DNA from: Eledone cirrhosa
Lineage: Eukaryota
Reading direction: 5' to 3'
Length of the DNA: 64,000 bases
NCBI GenBank assembly: GCA_964016885.1
Contig: OZ024742.1
Location: forward strand, 105,276,001-105,340,000
Under the pieces are notes generated by a model. It was not told the DNA's origin. It saw only the letters and a list, made by a program, of their open reading frames with translations, and searched no databases. Both the position numbers and the translations under genes were made by a program. Positions 38,006 to 52,579 of the stretch are shown in pieces. The stretch's first letter is position 1. Every line of letters begins with the position of its first letter.

Positions 38006-41000
38006 TTTTTTATTCTTTTTTTAACAGCAAACATTGTATAATTTAATTTAAATTGGTAGAATAAAATTTTACTTTTACAACTCTCAACCATAAAACAATT
38101 ATATTTTATTTCTATATATCTAAATAAAAAAAAACACAATGTTAAATGGTCAGTGTAAAATGTTTTACTGTATTCTATGACTCATTGACTAATCAGATCT
38201 TTTAAGTAAATCAACACCATATGTGGTTAATGATCACTATCTCCCCACAAAAGCAATCTCAATGTTTTTTTTATTAGAGCTTCTTTCACCCTTTTTTTCC
38301 TCATCCTCACCTCTCACTATTCCTCTTTCTTCCCCATCTCTCTCTTTTCACACCCAGAACTACTGACCACAGCTATACAAACATACATAACACAACCTCC
38401 TTGGACAGATGGCACATATCTACTTACACCACCACTACCACAGTTTTGGTTTCCCTCTTACCCCACTCATAGTACAACACCCCTCTCTTCATCACTCTAA
38501 AACACAAGCTTCCCTCCCTCACACAGCAAATCCAATGACCCACCTATACTCTACATCTACCTCCTTCCATATCTCTATCTTGAGCCTCTGTCACACTCAC
38601 ACACATAACCAACACTACTCCTCTCTCTCATACACACATCCAATACCACTCCTCTCTCTTTCTCTCTCATTCATACCATCACCTCATACAACATTATCCA
38701 CCCCAACAATCCATTAGAAAAAAATATCTCCTACCAACACTCTTCTTCATTGGCTTCCTTCTCTCTCCTTCTTTCCACCTCCACATAAACCTTCACACAC
38801 CAATGGGCACACAGTAAAACTTGTATCAGATTTAAAACTATTTCTTTTGTTCAAAGGAACTGTCAGTTCAGTACAAACACTGCTACTAAGCACTTCTAAG
38901 ATTTGAAAATTTAAATTAACTCTCTTTAAATTACTCTCCTCAACACATTGATTTCTTTTTCTTTGTTGATATCAACCATTAACCATTATGGTATCTGGCC
39001 AAAACCAGCTCTGGTTTTATGAAACAAAATCAGCCATGTTAAAGGGTTCCTATTTAAATTAAAATCTTCCAACATAATTTTATATGAAAACCATATCTTA
39101 GAAATGGAATATTTAAAAATTTTAGTAAATGCCCCGAAATACTTCCTTAGTTAATTGAAATAGAGAGTATTTCATTAACAGTACGATTATGAAATAGTTC
39201 TTTCATAAACCAATGAGAAAATTTCTCTGTGTTCACTCAAAATGCTAGAAATGGCAGTTAAATATCACTCCCTCAATTCACACCTTTCCATCTGTAACCC
39301 TTTTGATACCATCCCAAAACTGCCTTTAGTTATATGAAACAAAACCAAACATTTTAAAGGGTTCCTATTGTCATAATGAAATAAAAAATAATTTTTTATA
39401 TCCCTCAGAATTGTTTCATTGAGTGAAATGCAGTGTATTTCATTAGAAATACAGTAAAAAAAAGGGTTTAAAAAATGAAGAAATACATTGGGTAATATAT
39501 ATGCATTATGCCTCAATAAAAACAAACAAAATTATTATGGCTGAAATGCTTTTGATCATGAGCATATTCAGAGTTGAGCTGGAGCTAAACATGTTGGCAA
39601 ATTCATACAATCCGTAGAACATCGGACACAATGTCATGAAGGTTTGTTCTGGCAATTGCTTTTCACCCTATAGTCAATATTCAAAGGCAATTGAATAGCA
39701 GAATTGCTAAGAGCATCATTGGACAAGGTGCCTTGTGGTATTTAATCCAGCTCTTTGCTTTCTAAGCTCAAATCCTGTTGTGACCTACATAGGTGATAGA
39801 TTTAATCCATTGTCCCAGTTTAACACCACCACCCAGACTTTGTGTGCTTTTAGTGAAATCCTTTCTGTTGCAAGCCTTCATACCAGGTATCAGGTTTGAG
39901 GAGACCTTCTTTCCTCCCTCCAGTCTTGGTGATCCTGGAATGGGATCATGGGTACTGCCCTTCCCTCCCTGACTAAACAGTAAAAAACAAATGCAAGCAT
40001 TAACCCCAAAAGATAAAATGGCTCTACTTACAGAACTAATGCTTTCTCTAATGACATGAAGACCACAGCATCCCTGACTCCTGCTCTGTAAATAAAACAT
40101 TTCATAATTATTTTTACTGTAGTAATAATTATTATTACTTTTTTTTTTCCTTTCAATAAAATATGAGTTAATATACTTGAAACAATTTAATAGAACATTA
40201 CACTAAATGCCAAAATAGTATTTCTTTTTACCAGTGCAGAGCAAGGGTGTAGGTGCTTGGGGATCCAGCTGAATCAATTGAAAACAGTTGCTTCTGATAA
40301 GACCTTTTCGAAGGTGAAGACTGCCTTCACAACCCTCCCAGGAATAAATGGGAGAGGAAGATGAGGAATAACAATGATAAACTTTATCAAGAAGGAAGAA
40401 ATGAGATACTGTAACATAAGAGGCAGTGCTTAAATCAGGTTGTATGGTGTTAAGTGGATAAAATAAGTTTTAACCTTGAAAAACACCCTAGTAACATTCT
40501 CAATTTGAGCCCATTCTTAACTCTTAACATACTGTATAACATAAAACTGCATTAGTAAGACATTCTTGTAAAGGCTCCAAAACAGCACTATGGCAGCATC
40601 ACATAAAAAATAATGTTTTTACTCTAACACTGCCCAATTTTGCAATGATTTGTCCACTAGTAAACATACTATAAACATTAGAATTAACACAACCTATTTT
40701 TAGATGTTTTCTGCTAAATCATTACAGAATGTTAAGGAACACAACAAAATGCCAACAGTAGATTTGAATTTAATAAATGGTTCAATAACATTATAGTTAC
40801 AATGTTGGAAAGAATGCCTTGCTGTATTTATTCCAGATCTTTATAATCTGAGTTCAAATCCCACCAAAGACAACTACACCCTTTCAGGTTGATAAATAAA
40901 TACCAGTCTGGGGCAGTGGACTGAGAGAATTGTTAGTGTTGAACAGGATGCTTTGCAAAACCTGTTCTAGCCCTTTGTGTTCTGAATTCAAATCCAACCA

Positions 41001-41773
41001 TAGACAACTTAGTTGATAGACTTAATCACCCAGTTTAACTCTACCACCTAGCCTTTGGGTGATTTTAGCTGAATCCACATTACAGCAAGAATTTGGGTCG
41101 GGTCTCTAGTTTGAGGATACCTTCCTTCCTCCCACCAATACTGGAAGCCCTGAAAAGAAGGGCTGTATGAAACCCTTCCATGTAACTAAATGTTTAAAAA
41201 AATATTTACAAGGCCATTTTGTACCATTTTAAGCTTCTTAAAAACTCATAACTTGTTCAATGATGCCTATAACAAAATAAAATAATACAAATGAATCAAA
41301 ACAAAAAATGATTTACCCAACTACAGAATCAATTAGGGAAATATTGATTTTATATATGAGAAAGCTAACAAACAACTATGAGGTCAGCTTAGAATTGACT
41401 TACCATCTATTTACAAACCTTGCAGTCACCTATCTCTCTGTTGATTAGTCTAGCTCAAAGTAATTGATCCCTAACAAGTTAACTGTTGCAAGTAAAATAT
41501 CTGCTGTCTTTGAATATATAATAATGCATTAATAATATTCTAATAGGTTCTAGCTGAAAGTGAGACTTGGAATTCTGAATCTGGTGTGATGAGCTTATGA
41601 AATGAGATCTTGGCAAAATCACAAATTCAATGCATAATTTTGCCATAATTGACTACTTCATAAAGGAGTTTATCTAGATTCCCTGCCATGAATACATATT
41701 GACCAAATAGTTTTTAAGGCAGAGTATCAAATTAGACTAAAATTGGAAGGAAAAACAGTCGTGAGAACGATAG

Positions 41774-41846
41774 GTGTTATTCCAAAGAGAAATGGCTTAT
41801 TTGATTTATTAGTGTTATTCCAATGAGAAATGGCTTATTTGATTTA
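41774..41846. repeat. ~38-bp tandem duplication
   Basis: gtgttattccaa(a/t)gagaaatggcttatttgattta x2. Confidence 0.85.
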
Positions 41847-43226
41847 AATTTTTGTTTTAAGATCTTCTAGAGATAGTGACTTTTACTTTATCTCTCTGCA
41901 ACATCAAATAATCTTGAAGTATTCTGCTCATTTCTACCAAGATGCTAACTTGTTAAAGTAGATGCCTCAATTTCTGCTTCTATAGATTGCCACACATGAG
42001 TTGCTTTGTTTTTCGAAGTTAGACATAAAAGATAAATATAACCAGGTACCAAAGGAGATATGTATAGAAGTAGAGACACAAAGAAAACAGAGAAAGATAA
42101 TATGGAAGAACATAATTCTTTTTTTATAGCAATTTTATTTAAACATATGCATCAATGTGAGATGGAAAAAGCAACAGTCTCATCAACAGATCAGTTGCTT
42201 GTTTTTTTCTCAAATTGAAGTTATTAATTTCTAACATCATTTTATATTGAAAATCTTTGCACTTAACCCTGATTGCATTTCTAATGAAATACACTATTTT
42301 AATTAATTAATGAACAATTTTGAGGGATTTACTAATATTGTTAATTATTTCATTACTAAGATAGTAACTTAATGTAAGATTCTTATAGAAAATTCTGTTG
42401 GGGTATTTTAATTTAATTGGAAACCTTTAAAATGGATGGTTTTATTCCAACTAAAGGGTTAATTTATTCCCAATTTATGGATGCAACCTAGTGAAATCAG
42501 ATCAGGCCCTGAATAGGCTGAGGGTCAGAAGCTGACAATGTACTGGCTTCTCTCTGATAGGTTTCTTGTAAAATCTATAGTGGTGGAAACATCTGACATC
42601 CTGGGCTTCCTAACCACTTCTCTATTCAATTTGATCGGGAAAGAGATGATCATCTACAAGGACAAACAAACCCTACAACATGGACTGCGTGTAGTAAGAC
42701 TTTGTTTCCTGTTATACTGCTGCAAGTAAAACTAGAGCATCTATGCAATCTCTATGTATAACAATGATTTCTAATTAGGTACAAGGCCAGCGATTTGTGG
42801 GAGAGGAAACTTGATTATATTGACCCCTCAGTACCTGAGAGGTACTTTATTTTATTGACTCTGAAAAAAAAAGGCAGAGTTGATTTCAACAGGATTTGAT
42901 CTCAGAAAGTAAAGAGCTGGAATAAATACTACTAAGCATTTGTCTGACAATCTAACAACTCTGCCAATCCAGTCCTTATCTCTAACTACATAATGGCTTC
43001 TTGCATGCTGAGCATGGCGGATACTTTTGATTATGGAGGAAGAAAGTCAAAATCCATTTTATTCAAATGCCATTTGATATAAGTATGAAATTTTAATAAT
43101 AAACAATATCTAAACGATGTTATATGTGTGTGTGCAAAGAAAATCTCTCTCCTGTAACAATAGTGTTTCTCTCAGAATTTTCTCAGCTCTCTAGAGTAAT
43201 TCATCTACCACTAGATACATATACAA

Positions 43227-43757
43227 TCTCTATTAATAAAAGTGTGTGTGTGTGTGTGTCCTTCTGCCCTTCCCCCCTCCACACACACATACTTAAATAA
43301 ACTGCAAAATCAAATATATTGATGCAAATTCATATCACTCTCCTGTCACAAAAGGAATTTTGCTTTCTAATTAATTATAAGTGATTTGATATTCTGAGCA
43401 CTCTTAGAATAGAGGCTAGGGTGTAATCAGCAAGTTCATGAAAAATGTTTACTTTGAAAATCAGTACAGATTCAAATCTCATTGAATGTGTTGTGCTAGG
43501 GTGTTACAACCATCCTTCTTCTTAAAATTGGCTTATATCCCATCTTTGCTTAATTAAGTTGAAGGCTACCATATTGTAGAGAATAAACATCATTGTATTA
43601 AATTATATAAATTCAAAGCGGAAATATGTCAGTGCTAGTTTGTATGATTTGCAAGTAGTTTTCCCTTTTCATACATTTGTTTATATTGATATATACATTA
43701 CAAAACACTCCCAATTACACTAGCAGGAAACCACCCAGTAGATGGTATTATTGCTAG
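43227..43757 (+). mobile_element. Decayed Helitron-like element
   Basis: a|TCtctattaataaaag(tg)n start; ctagcaggaaaccaccc...ggtattattgCTAG|t end. Confidence 0.45.
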
Positions 43758-44622
43758 TACGAAATATATCTATAATGCCTATCGCTCTTTCTAACATGCA
43801 CACGCACACTATTCTGTTGTCATTAGATTGTCCAGTAAAACATTGCTAAAATTATTCATACTATAACAACAGCAACATCAACATCTTTACTGTTCTGAAG
43901 ATACAATTGTCACTTTATTCCTTAATCTTTTTTTTTTTCCTACCAACCAACCTGAAACTGCTCCTGGTTCTATGATAAAAGCTTTAAAATAAACAGTTTT
44001 GTATCAAAATAACCTTCCAGCATAATTTTATGTAAGAACTTTTAAGTTATGTTTCAAACACCAACTTCATAAGAAGAAACTTAGCTATATTCCTAAATCT
44101 CTTCAAATTCTTAAATATAGAAACATCATAGGGTGTTTCTTTCATTAAATATTGTAAGGAAAAAGGTTAAGACATCTGAGAAATAGTTCACCTTTATCCC
44201 TCAGGTGCATTATTAAACATAGCACATGTCAGTGCGATAAAAAAATTCCTTTAATTAACAAAGTATCATAAATAAATCAAACAACTCCTAATTACCTAAA
44301 GCTACAAGTAGTAAATAAACATAAGGTCAAAGTTCATTCAGGGCCTAAAGCACAATTTCACATATATCTAGAATTATGGGTCAATAAAGCAAGTGAGTCC
44401 TATTAAAAATGCTACCAAGTGTATTTCGAAAAGGCTACAAGTTTCACAGAGGATGGTAGTACTTTAATCATGTATTATCCTAAAACAGCAAGTCACATCA
44501 TATATGTGGTAATTAAATACTTAATGTACATACATACATGTATGTGTATGTCATCATAATTTAATGTCTTGTCAGTTTTCCTCTCTCCCTCTCTCTCTCA
44601 TATATATATATATATATCTTAA

Positions 44623-45569
44623 TCAGTAGAGGAGCTAGAGAATAAATTCTAGCTATGGAAACAGCAGTTGAAAGCAAGAGGACAGAGAGTGAACCTAGCT
44701 AAGACAAAAGTGTTGATGAATAGAAAAGAGGACAAAACTCTGATTCCGTCAGGGAAATGGCCATGTTCAATATGCAGAAAAGGAACTGGCATAAATTCTA
44801 TAAAATGCACACAATGCAGATCCTGGGTACACAAGAGATGTAGTGGGATAGCAGGAAAACTAACAGGTAGGGATAAATACGTATGCAGTAGATGTACAGG
44901 GAAATTAGACAGTAGAAGTCGCATTGATAGACACATTTTTCAAATGCAGGCGGGTGCTATAGAAGTGGTGGATAGCTTCCGGTACCTAGGAGATCAGATT
45001 AGCATGGGAGGAGGGTGTTCCGAGGCCATAGTATCCAGAATAAGGATGGGTTGGAAGAAGTTTAGGGAGCTGCTTCCTCTGCTGACGAAGAAGGGTTTCT
45101 CCCTGCGTATGAAAGGCCGGTTATATGATGCCTGTGTGAGGAGCGCGATGCTGCATGGTAGTGAGACATGGGCAGCAACTGCAGAGGATATGCGACGGCT
45201 GGAGAGAAATGAGGCAAGCATGCTCCGTTGGATGTGCAATGTCAATGTGCGTGAACGACCCAGCATGAAACTGTGTCTGAGAGGGATAGAATATGTGCGA
45301 GAGAGGAGACTGAGGTGGTATGGACATGTGATGCGCATGGAGGATGACCGATGGGTGAAGAGGTGCCAGGAAATGCCAGTTGAAGGAAGTCGTGGGAGAG
45401 GTAGACCACAAAAAACATGGGCGAAGGTGGTGGAACAGACCTCAGATCGCTGAAGCTCACGGTGGAGATGACGAAGGACCGTGACAAGTGGAGAGATGTT
45501 GTGCTGAATAAGACCCATCCCACCCTTGCAAGCAGGGAAAAGCAGACGTAAAATGATGATGATGATGAT
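44623..45569 (+). mobile_element. RTE LINE subfamily B, 5'-truncated, short 3' tail
   Basis: ORF 44668-45453 (NLAKTKVL, PHD-like CSIC...CTQC...HKRC...CSRC, SFRYLG, LHGSETW, RLRWYGHVMR). The tail cccacccttgcaagcagggaaaagcagacgtaaaa(tga)n follows the ORF directly. Confidence 0.93.
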
Positions 45570-45731
45570 CTTGACAACAAATCAAAATTTTATTTCTACA
45601 ATTGTTACCTGAGTGTATAATCACTATGAAAATAACATTATTACATTACATGCTCCAACATAAGTTTTAATTTCTTTCATTTTCTCTACAACAGAACAAA
45701 GGAACAAAACACAGCCATGAAAGAGAATTAA

Positions 45732-45941
45732 CCCTTTAATGTTCAAACCGGCCAGAATTCTCTACTTTTTTTCTGTTGAAACTGGCTGTAACTGGTCACT
45801 CAAACTGATGTTAAGGTATTGTTCTCAAAATAAATACTTTCAAAATCTCATAGATTCGATATTATGTGAGATATTATGGGAGATAAAACCTTTACCATGA
45901 AAATATAATAGTATATATAGAGTAATGTGAATGCTAAAGGG
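45732..45941. mobile_element. piggyBac-type MITE, same family (also 3846-3968, 4154-~4350, 12271-12431, 14148-~14345)
   Basis: TTAA TSD, cccttta...taaaggg TIRs and shared internal aaggtattgttctcaaaataaata. Confidence 0.85.
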
Positions 45942-48168
45942 TTAAAGCTCACATATACAATCAGAAAAGACAATTAAAATTTTGTCTATAAATATAGATT
46001 CATAGAAAATATTACTATTATTACGTGGTAAACATTAGAGTTGTGCATTGGCAGTGTTTGCAGAGTATCAGAGAAAATGCTTTGTTGTATTTAGTTACAA
46101 CTTTCTACATTCTGAGTTCAAATCTTGCCGAGGTCAACTTTGCTTTTCATCCTTCCAGGATCAATAAATTGAAGTACTAGTCAAGTACTGGAGTTGATAT
46201 AATCATTTTCCTCCACCCTCTTAGCTGTTGGTTTTGTGCTTAAATAAGAAATCAGTATTACTTAATGAAAAAATGGGGACAACATAGGGTAGAGAGGACT
46301 CTTTAGTTTTGTAAGGGTCAAGACAAACTTTCTAATGATAGCACAATGATAAAATTAAAATACATCTAATACACTCTATAAAGTGATTGGCATTAGGAAA
46401 GGCATTTAGTTGTAGAAACCATGCCAAAAATGGGACATACAAGCTAGATGCCCCTGAACCATCTAAGAGAGTAGTAACCCCAAATAAGGACTTGGAGTGT
46501 GACTACTTGTGAAGCCCATGCCAACCAGGAAAAGCAGATATAAATTGTTGATGAGGAGTTTCATAGTTGCAATTTAATTTGGGGCTAAAGGGATCTATCT
46601 AACCATGACCATTGCATTTTCCCTGGGATATTATGTATCTAGGACAGTATCATCAAATGCGTCCTTTTTTAAATATGGTAGGGTGTATTTTCTACTGTTT
46701 GATATTAATTCACCAAAGTTGGACAGGAGCGATCAATTCTACATGAACATATACTGAAGACCAAGTCAATTACTCCTCCTCTCACCTTTTTCTTAACCCT
46801 TTTGTGACCACATTTCTACTGAAATACACCCAATTTCAATTAATTAATGAAGAATTTTGAAGGATTTGCCAAAAGAGTGTCACCAGTTGTTCTCTGCAGC
46901 AATACCTTTGCCATTTTGTCCACAAGGCACAGCTGAAATATACTGCCTAGACTAGGGTGTAGAGTTTGCTGCTCCCTTACCCCATTCCTTTACTTTTGCT
47001 ATTTAACTTTTATCTTTCTTTTTTCATTCATTCCAAACATTATATAATTGAAATTTGTTAAACAAAATATCAAAGGATATATGAAAAGAGCCTGAACAAA
47101 ACAAAAAAAAAAAAAAAAAAAAAAGCAGGAGGTTAAATGGGTATAGTGAACCAGTAACAAAATTTTACCAAACATTTTTGGTATGCTTTTGAATATTTAC
47201 TATTGAGATAGGTGGTGGAAACTTTTTCCATGTGAAAAAGGTTGGGAATCCCTAAGACAAATAAACAAAAACAGCGGGGATTTACATAAATAGTCAACAG
47301 AAAAAAAACAGGTAATAAAACAATTTTGGCAGAGAGAAAAGATTATTATGTCGACACCAATACTTTACTGGTACTTTATTCTATCAACCCCAGAAGGCTG
47401 AAAGGCAAATTTGGCCACAGCAGGATTTGAACTCAGAATGTAAATACTGCAAAGCATGTCAGTCCAAAGCTCTACTCATACTGCCAATCCCCCACCCTTA
47501 ATAATAATAATAATGATGATGATGATGACGATACTAATAATAATGATAATAAACATGTAATTCCTGTTTCTTTAATGATAACATGATAAATTACACTTCA
47601 GTGATCATTATTTGCATCATTTACATGTATGATGGCAAGCAAACTAGCATATTAAATATGTACATAATTTACCCTGGCACATGTACTATTACCACCACCA
47701 CTACCACTATCACCACACACTGACAACAGGCCCACCCACTCCAATTAAACAATAGCATCCCACCTATTCATTTGAAAGTTGTGGTTGAACCCCTACCCAC
47801 CACAGCCTATAGACCTGCTATCATCAGGACTTGAAAGGGATTCATCAACTAGAATCTTTTTTTTTTCATTTTTGTTGACCCCTTATTTTCTCATTCAAAC
47901 ATCACATGCCCACATAAGCAGTTGTGAGCTTAAACAGCAGCTGCTTGAAGATAGGAGAAGGTAGGGGATTGAGGGAGTTAAGAGGAAAGGGGGGTAAAAA
48001 CTATTGGAGCAAAGGAGTCAGGCTTGGGAGGATTAGTAACTTGAGATGTGTGTGCATATATGGTTGTTATACATATTATACACATATACTTTCATAACTG
48101 AGATAACAAATACTACACACACTTTTGGATAGGAAAATACATGTCAGACACCAAGTAAAAATTGTATG

Positions 48169-48175
<7 letters not shown>

Positions 48176-48246
<71 letters not shown>
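48176..48246. repeat. (GT)n microsatellite (other simple repeats: (TA)n 20644-20679, 22843-22882, 29801-29848; (GT)n 58719-58756; poly-A 21206-21233)
   Basis: Directly visible. Confidence 0.95.
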
Positions 48247-48249
<3 letters not shown>

Positions 48250-49059
48250 TATGCATACTTATTTTTATGTATCAGCTGTGCTAGAATGAGAAATAAAATT
48301 CTTATCAATGTATTTATAATTATATATACATATGTGAAGAATCAAAATCATGGTTTATATATTATTGAATTTTGAAGCAGTGATATTCGCAAATAATTAA
48401 ACACAAGCAACAACAATAGCGATGATGATGACAATAATAATCTATATACTAATTTCAACAACGTCAGTATTCCGTGTGTCATAATTCTCGATTATCATTG
48501 GTTCATAGGTTTCAAACGACTCCGCCCACCTCAACGACGCCAAACTTAAATTAATACGCATAATGCCAATGAGGGAGTGAGAGGGGAGAGTAAGAAACAG
48601 AGAGGCAAAGTGAATGCTGTAACTATTACCATGTGTGCGTGTGTATGTACGTGCGCATATGTTTGTGCGTGTGCATGCGTGCAGCATTCCACAGAAAGTA
48701 AAAACTATCAACATGTGTGAGTGTGTAAGTGCACGGGTGCGTGTTCGCATTTCCATGCGTGTATGTGTGTGTACATGGGGCGTTCCACAATCACCACGCA
48801 GTTTATCTGTGTGCCTGTCTGTTTTAAAAGAATATGGCCTTCAAAATTGCTAAAAGAAAATCATTACATAATGAAGTTGTGAAACAAAAATTATACTCTA
48901 AACGGAACTTAAAACATTATAAATACCAAAATATTAAAACTTCATAAATATATTCTACTCATGAAAATTTTAAACCGTGCCATCTAAAGATAATGTGTTG
49001 ATTAGCTGCCTCGGCTTACAAATGGGATTTGGATTTTTGCTCATTTTTCAGATATAAAT

Positions 49060-49092
49060 AGGGGGTCGGCTTATATTCGAGTATATATGGTA
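49060..49092. mobile_element. Solo Tc1/mariner-pogo-like terminal inverted repeat
   Basis: gggtcggcttatattcgagtatatatgg|ta resembles pogo/Tc2-type MITE ends; no partner end found. Confidence 0.45.
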
Positions 49093-49221
49093 TATATGTG
49101 TGTGTGTCTTATGTACTTCCTATAGATTGAAGATGACACCTTTCTTGTAACTTCAGTTAAAAACCTGTACTGTTTGTAGATATAAATAATGTACTTCAGT
49201 TACTTAGTGCAGTTTAATAGA

Positions 49222-49427
49222 AATATGATGCATATGAATGATAATAGTTGGGTAAAGAAGTGCAAGAAATCTCAGTGGAAGGTAACTGCAGTAGAAGAAG
49301 CCCAAGGAAGACTAGCAGAGAAATGATGAAGAAATGCAATGAATGGAGGGATGCTATACTAGATAAGAACCGTCCAACTCATGTAGGCATAACAAAGTGG
49401 ACATATGATGATGATGATGATGATGAT
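49222..49427 (+). mobile_element. Decayed RTE 3' fragment with short tail
   Basis: Translates as VEGNCSRRSPRKT...WRDAILDKNRPTH, followed by (GAT)n. Confidence 0.7.
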
Positions 49428-49800
49428 TGTGTGTTGCCGTATGATTGATTGACAAAGTTCATTAGCATTGCATAGCTCCAAGACAATGACTAAATACAAC
49501 AAACACTATTAATGCAAAGCTTCTCAGACATCCATAAATTGTGCAAAATCCATTACTGCTTACTGCCAAGTCTTTCAAAGAAACCACTAAATAATTCAGC
49601 AAGATCCATCCTGTCTTAAATAAAGGAAATGAAACCTTTCTTTGGCTAGAATATTGCTTAACCCTTTCATGACCATTTTTCTTATGAAATACATTGAATG
49701 TGTTTCAATTAATTTTGAAAATAATGAAGCATTTGGAAGGTTTTAGTAAAATAACATTTTCATTAAGTTGATATTAAGAACATAAAATTCTTAAATAAAA

Positions 49801-49992
49801 TAATTGTTTCTACTTTTGGCACAAGGCCAGCAATTACCCAGTGCATTACTGGTACTTTATTTTATCGACCCCGTAAGGATGAAAGGCAAAGTTAACTTCG
49901 GCGGGATTTGAACTCAGAATGGCAAGGGCCGTAACTCTATACGTCAAAGCATGGCATCCGACCCTCTACCAATACTGCCAATCCACCGCCCT
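49801..49992 (-). mobile_element. SINE nested in a TTAA-type MITE (49662-50110)
   Basis: Full-length copy; TSD aattcttaaataaaataat. Confidence 0.9.
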
Positions 49993-50829
49993 TAATTCTT
50001 AAATAAAATAATGATGGAAAATTTTAATTTAAATATGACACTTTAAAAACAAGGAAGTTTTATATTTTCGAACTAGGGGATTTATTAAATGGGTTAGTAA
50101 AAAAAGGGTGAAATGCAAAAATCTAGACACTGAGATTCTAACAAATAGGTTGATAGATATACACATAAATACTCTCTGTCACAGAACCTGAGGCAGGTTA
50201 TTATTGAAACTAATTTGCTAGTACAGAATCACAGAAATCAATCATTAAGCCCAACAAACTAAGGTTGAACCAACTGCATAGTTGCTCAACCTGCTAGTCA
50301 CAGTAGTCACAATCCCTCAAATCATGATCTGCTAGACATGGCAACAACATTCCCTATAATCTGATAGACATAGCAACCATGTTCTCTCAAACCACACACT
50401 ATCGTCTTAAAATAAAAAGGAGAGAGATGATAGACTGCCTATGATCATTAGTCTACTCAATCAGGGCTGTATACATGTGAGTGTTTCTGCCAGGAGTTGT
50501 GACCTGCAGAAAGTATCAGCAATGGAAAGACCAATGGAAATATTATTTCCGTCATCTGATCAGCTTCTTTTCCTTTCTTTCTTAATGAGTTGTTGTAATC
50601 TACAGAAACCATTCACTAAGCCTAACTCCTTCATCACCATATTTCTAATGAAAGACACTGCCTATGGTTTTCAAATAGTTTTGAAAATTATCAAGAATTT
50701 GGTAGGAATTAGCAAAATAACTTTCTAATTATGAATATATATATATATATAATTATAAATGAACATTGTTGGATATACATCCAACCAGTATATATACTAC
50801 TGCCAAAAACTATGAGCACAACAAATGAG

Positions 50830-50932
50830 AACGAAGGACCGTGATAAGTGGAGAGATGCTGTGCTGAATAGGACCCGTCCCATCCTTGCAAGCAGGGAAA
50901 AGCGGACGTAAAATGATGATGATGATGATGAT
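50830..50932 (+). mobile_element. RTE subfamily B extreme 3' fragment
   Basis: acgaaggaccgtgataagtggagagatg...ccttgcaagcagggaaaagcggacgtaaaatgatg matches 45471-45569. Confidence 0.85.
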
Positions 50933-50994
50933 TGTGTGTGAAGCTCGAATTTTTTAACTTACTAAGTGTCAAGGAAATAAATTTATAAGAAGAT

Positions 50995-51216
50995 TCAGAT
51001 GCAGAAAATAACTGCAATTACAACCAGTTGCTATAAAATAGCTTATAAAAATCGGGTAAAGACCCTAGAAATGGAAAAATGCTTTCAGTGACTGCTACAA
51101 AGAAACAAACTCGGTTACTGGTAACATTTTTATGTTTCTAGGGTCTTTACTTAATTTTTTTTTTTATTATTTTATAGCAACTGACTGTAATTGCAATTAT
51201 TTTCTTCTGCATCTGA
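50995..51216. repeat. Long imperfect inverted repeat (fold-back/MITE)
   Basis: Outer arms tcagatgcagaaaataactgcaattacaaccagttgctataaaata and its near-complement; inner arms gtaaagaccctagaaa/tttctagggtctttac. Confidence 0.8.
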
Positions 51217-52547
51217 GCTTTTTCAATGTTTATAAAAATCGTAAATATAAATACATGGAAACTATTTTATGATAATTGTTTCTAGTTTAGACACCAATTT
51301 GTGTGGAGGGGGTGGGAGTCAATTAATTGACCCTAATACCTGACTAATACTTTATTTTATTGAACCCAGAAGGATGAAAAGAAAAGTTCACCTTGAAGTG
51401 GGGAGATTTGAACTGAGAATGTAAAGAGTCAGAATAAATACTCCTAAGCAGTCATCCGATGCTCTAACAACTCTGCCAATCCACTGTCTCAGCAACCATA
51501 TTAACAATAATAGAAAAAGATAAGATATTTAAAGAATTTCAAATATCAACTCTTTGACCTATTTTATGTAAATACCCACAATAAATATATATCTTACAAC
51601 TTCTGCTTGTCATTGTAATGCTGGTTAATTATTTATATACATTTAACAATAGAATCAAACATTTGTCCAAGAAACAATAGTCACCTCCTTCCAACCTTTT
51701 CAGGGTTTAAGAGGATCTGTAATAAACATTATATGTGTCAGTTTTCATTATCAATTATAAATTTAGTATCAATGTGTATTGTATGATAATTGTTTCTACG
51801 TTTGGCACAAGGCCAGAAAATACCCAGTGCATTACTGGTATGATAATGCCAGTTGCCAAGATTACAAATACCAGGAAACTGATGTTCAGTAAGAGACAAT
51901 AACGGTTTCTAATTTAGGCACAAGGCCAGTAATTCAGGGAGGAGTAAATTGATTATATCAATCTTAATACTTGACTGGTACTTTATTTTATCAACCTCAA
52001 AAGAATGAAAGGACCTCTGCAAGATTTGAAACCAGAACTTAGAGGGCCATAACAAAATACTACACTAATAATCCTGTCAATCCACTGCCCTCCAGAATAT
52101 GAAAAAGCAGAACAAATACTGCAAAGCATTTGTTTGAAGCTCTAACAACTCTCAATCAATTCTCTGTCCTCAGTGGAGATAATAATGATAACAGGTATAA
52201 TAAGATCTGCTAGAGCTGGGATAGACAAGATCTTCTGCAAATATGACTACTAAGAAAAGACAATATCCTAAAACAGGTTTTTAAAGATGTTGATATTTTA
52301 CATGACAATAAATCACACAACAAAAAGATTTTTCCATTTTCTGATCTCAGTACTTGTTGCAGCTCATTAAGAAAGAAAGGAAAACAGACCAGGAAAACAA
52401 TATTTCATTGCTGATACTATCTGTCAGTCACAACACCTTTGAATGGAACAGTTCTAGTCCTGTAAAAGCCATTTCTATAGTAAACATTTATACTCATATG
52501 TATTGAGTACCTTACTTACTGTGGTTACCCCTGATTGAACCCGGGTT

Positions 52548-52579
<32 letters not shown>

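Noticed and set aside
38409-38717. 102-aa His/Ser/Thr-rich ORF
   Set aside because: Low-complexity C/A/T-rich sequence with no coding signal.
40292-40325. Hammerhead-like ctgataagaccttttcgaaggtgaag
   Set aside because: The core is not CUGANGA/GAAA, and the region aligns with the coding 3' end of the Rex3-like RTE.
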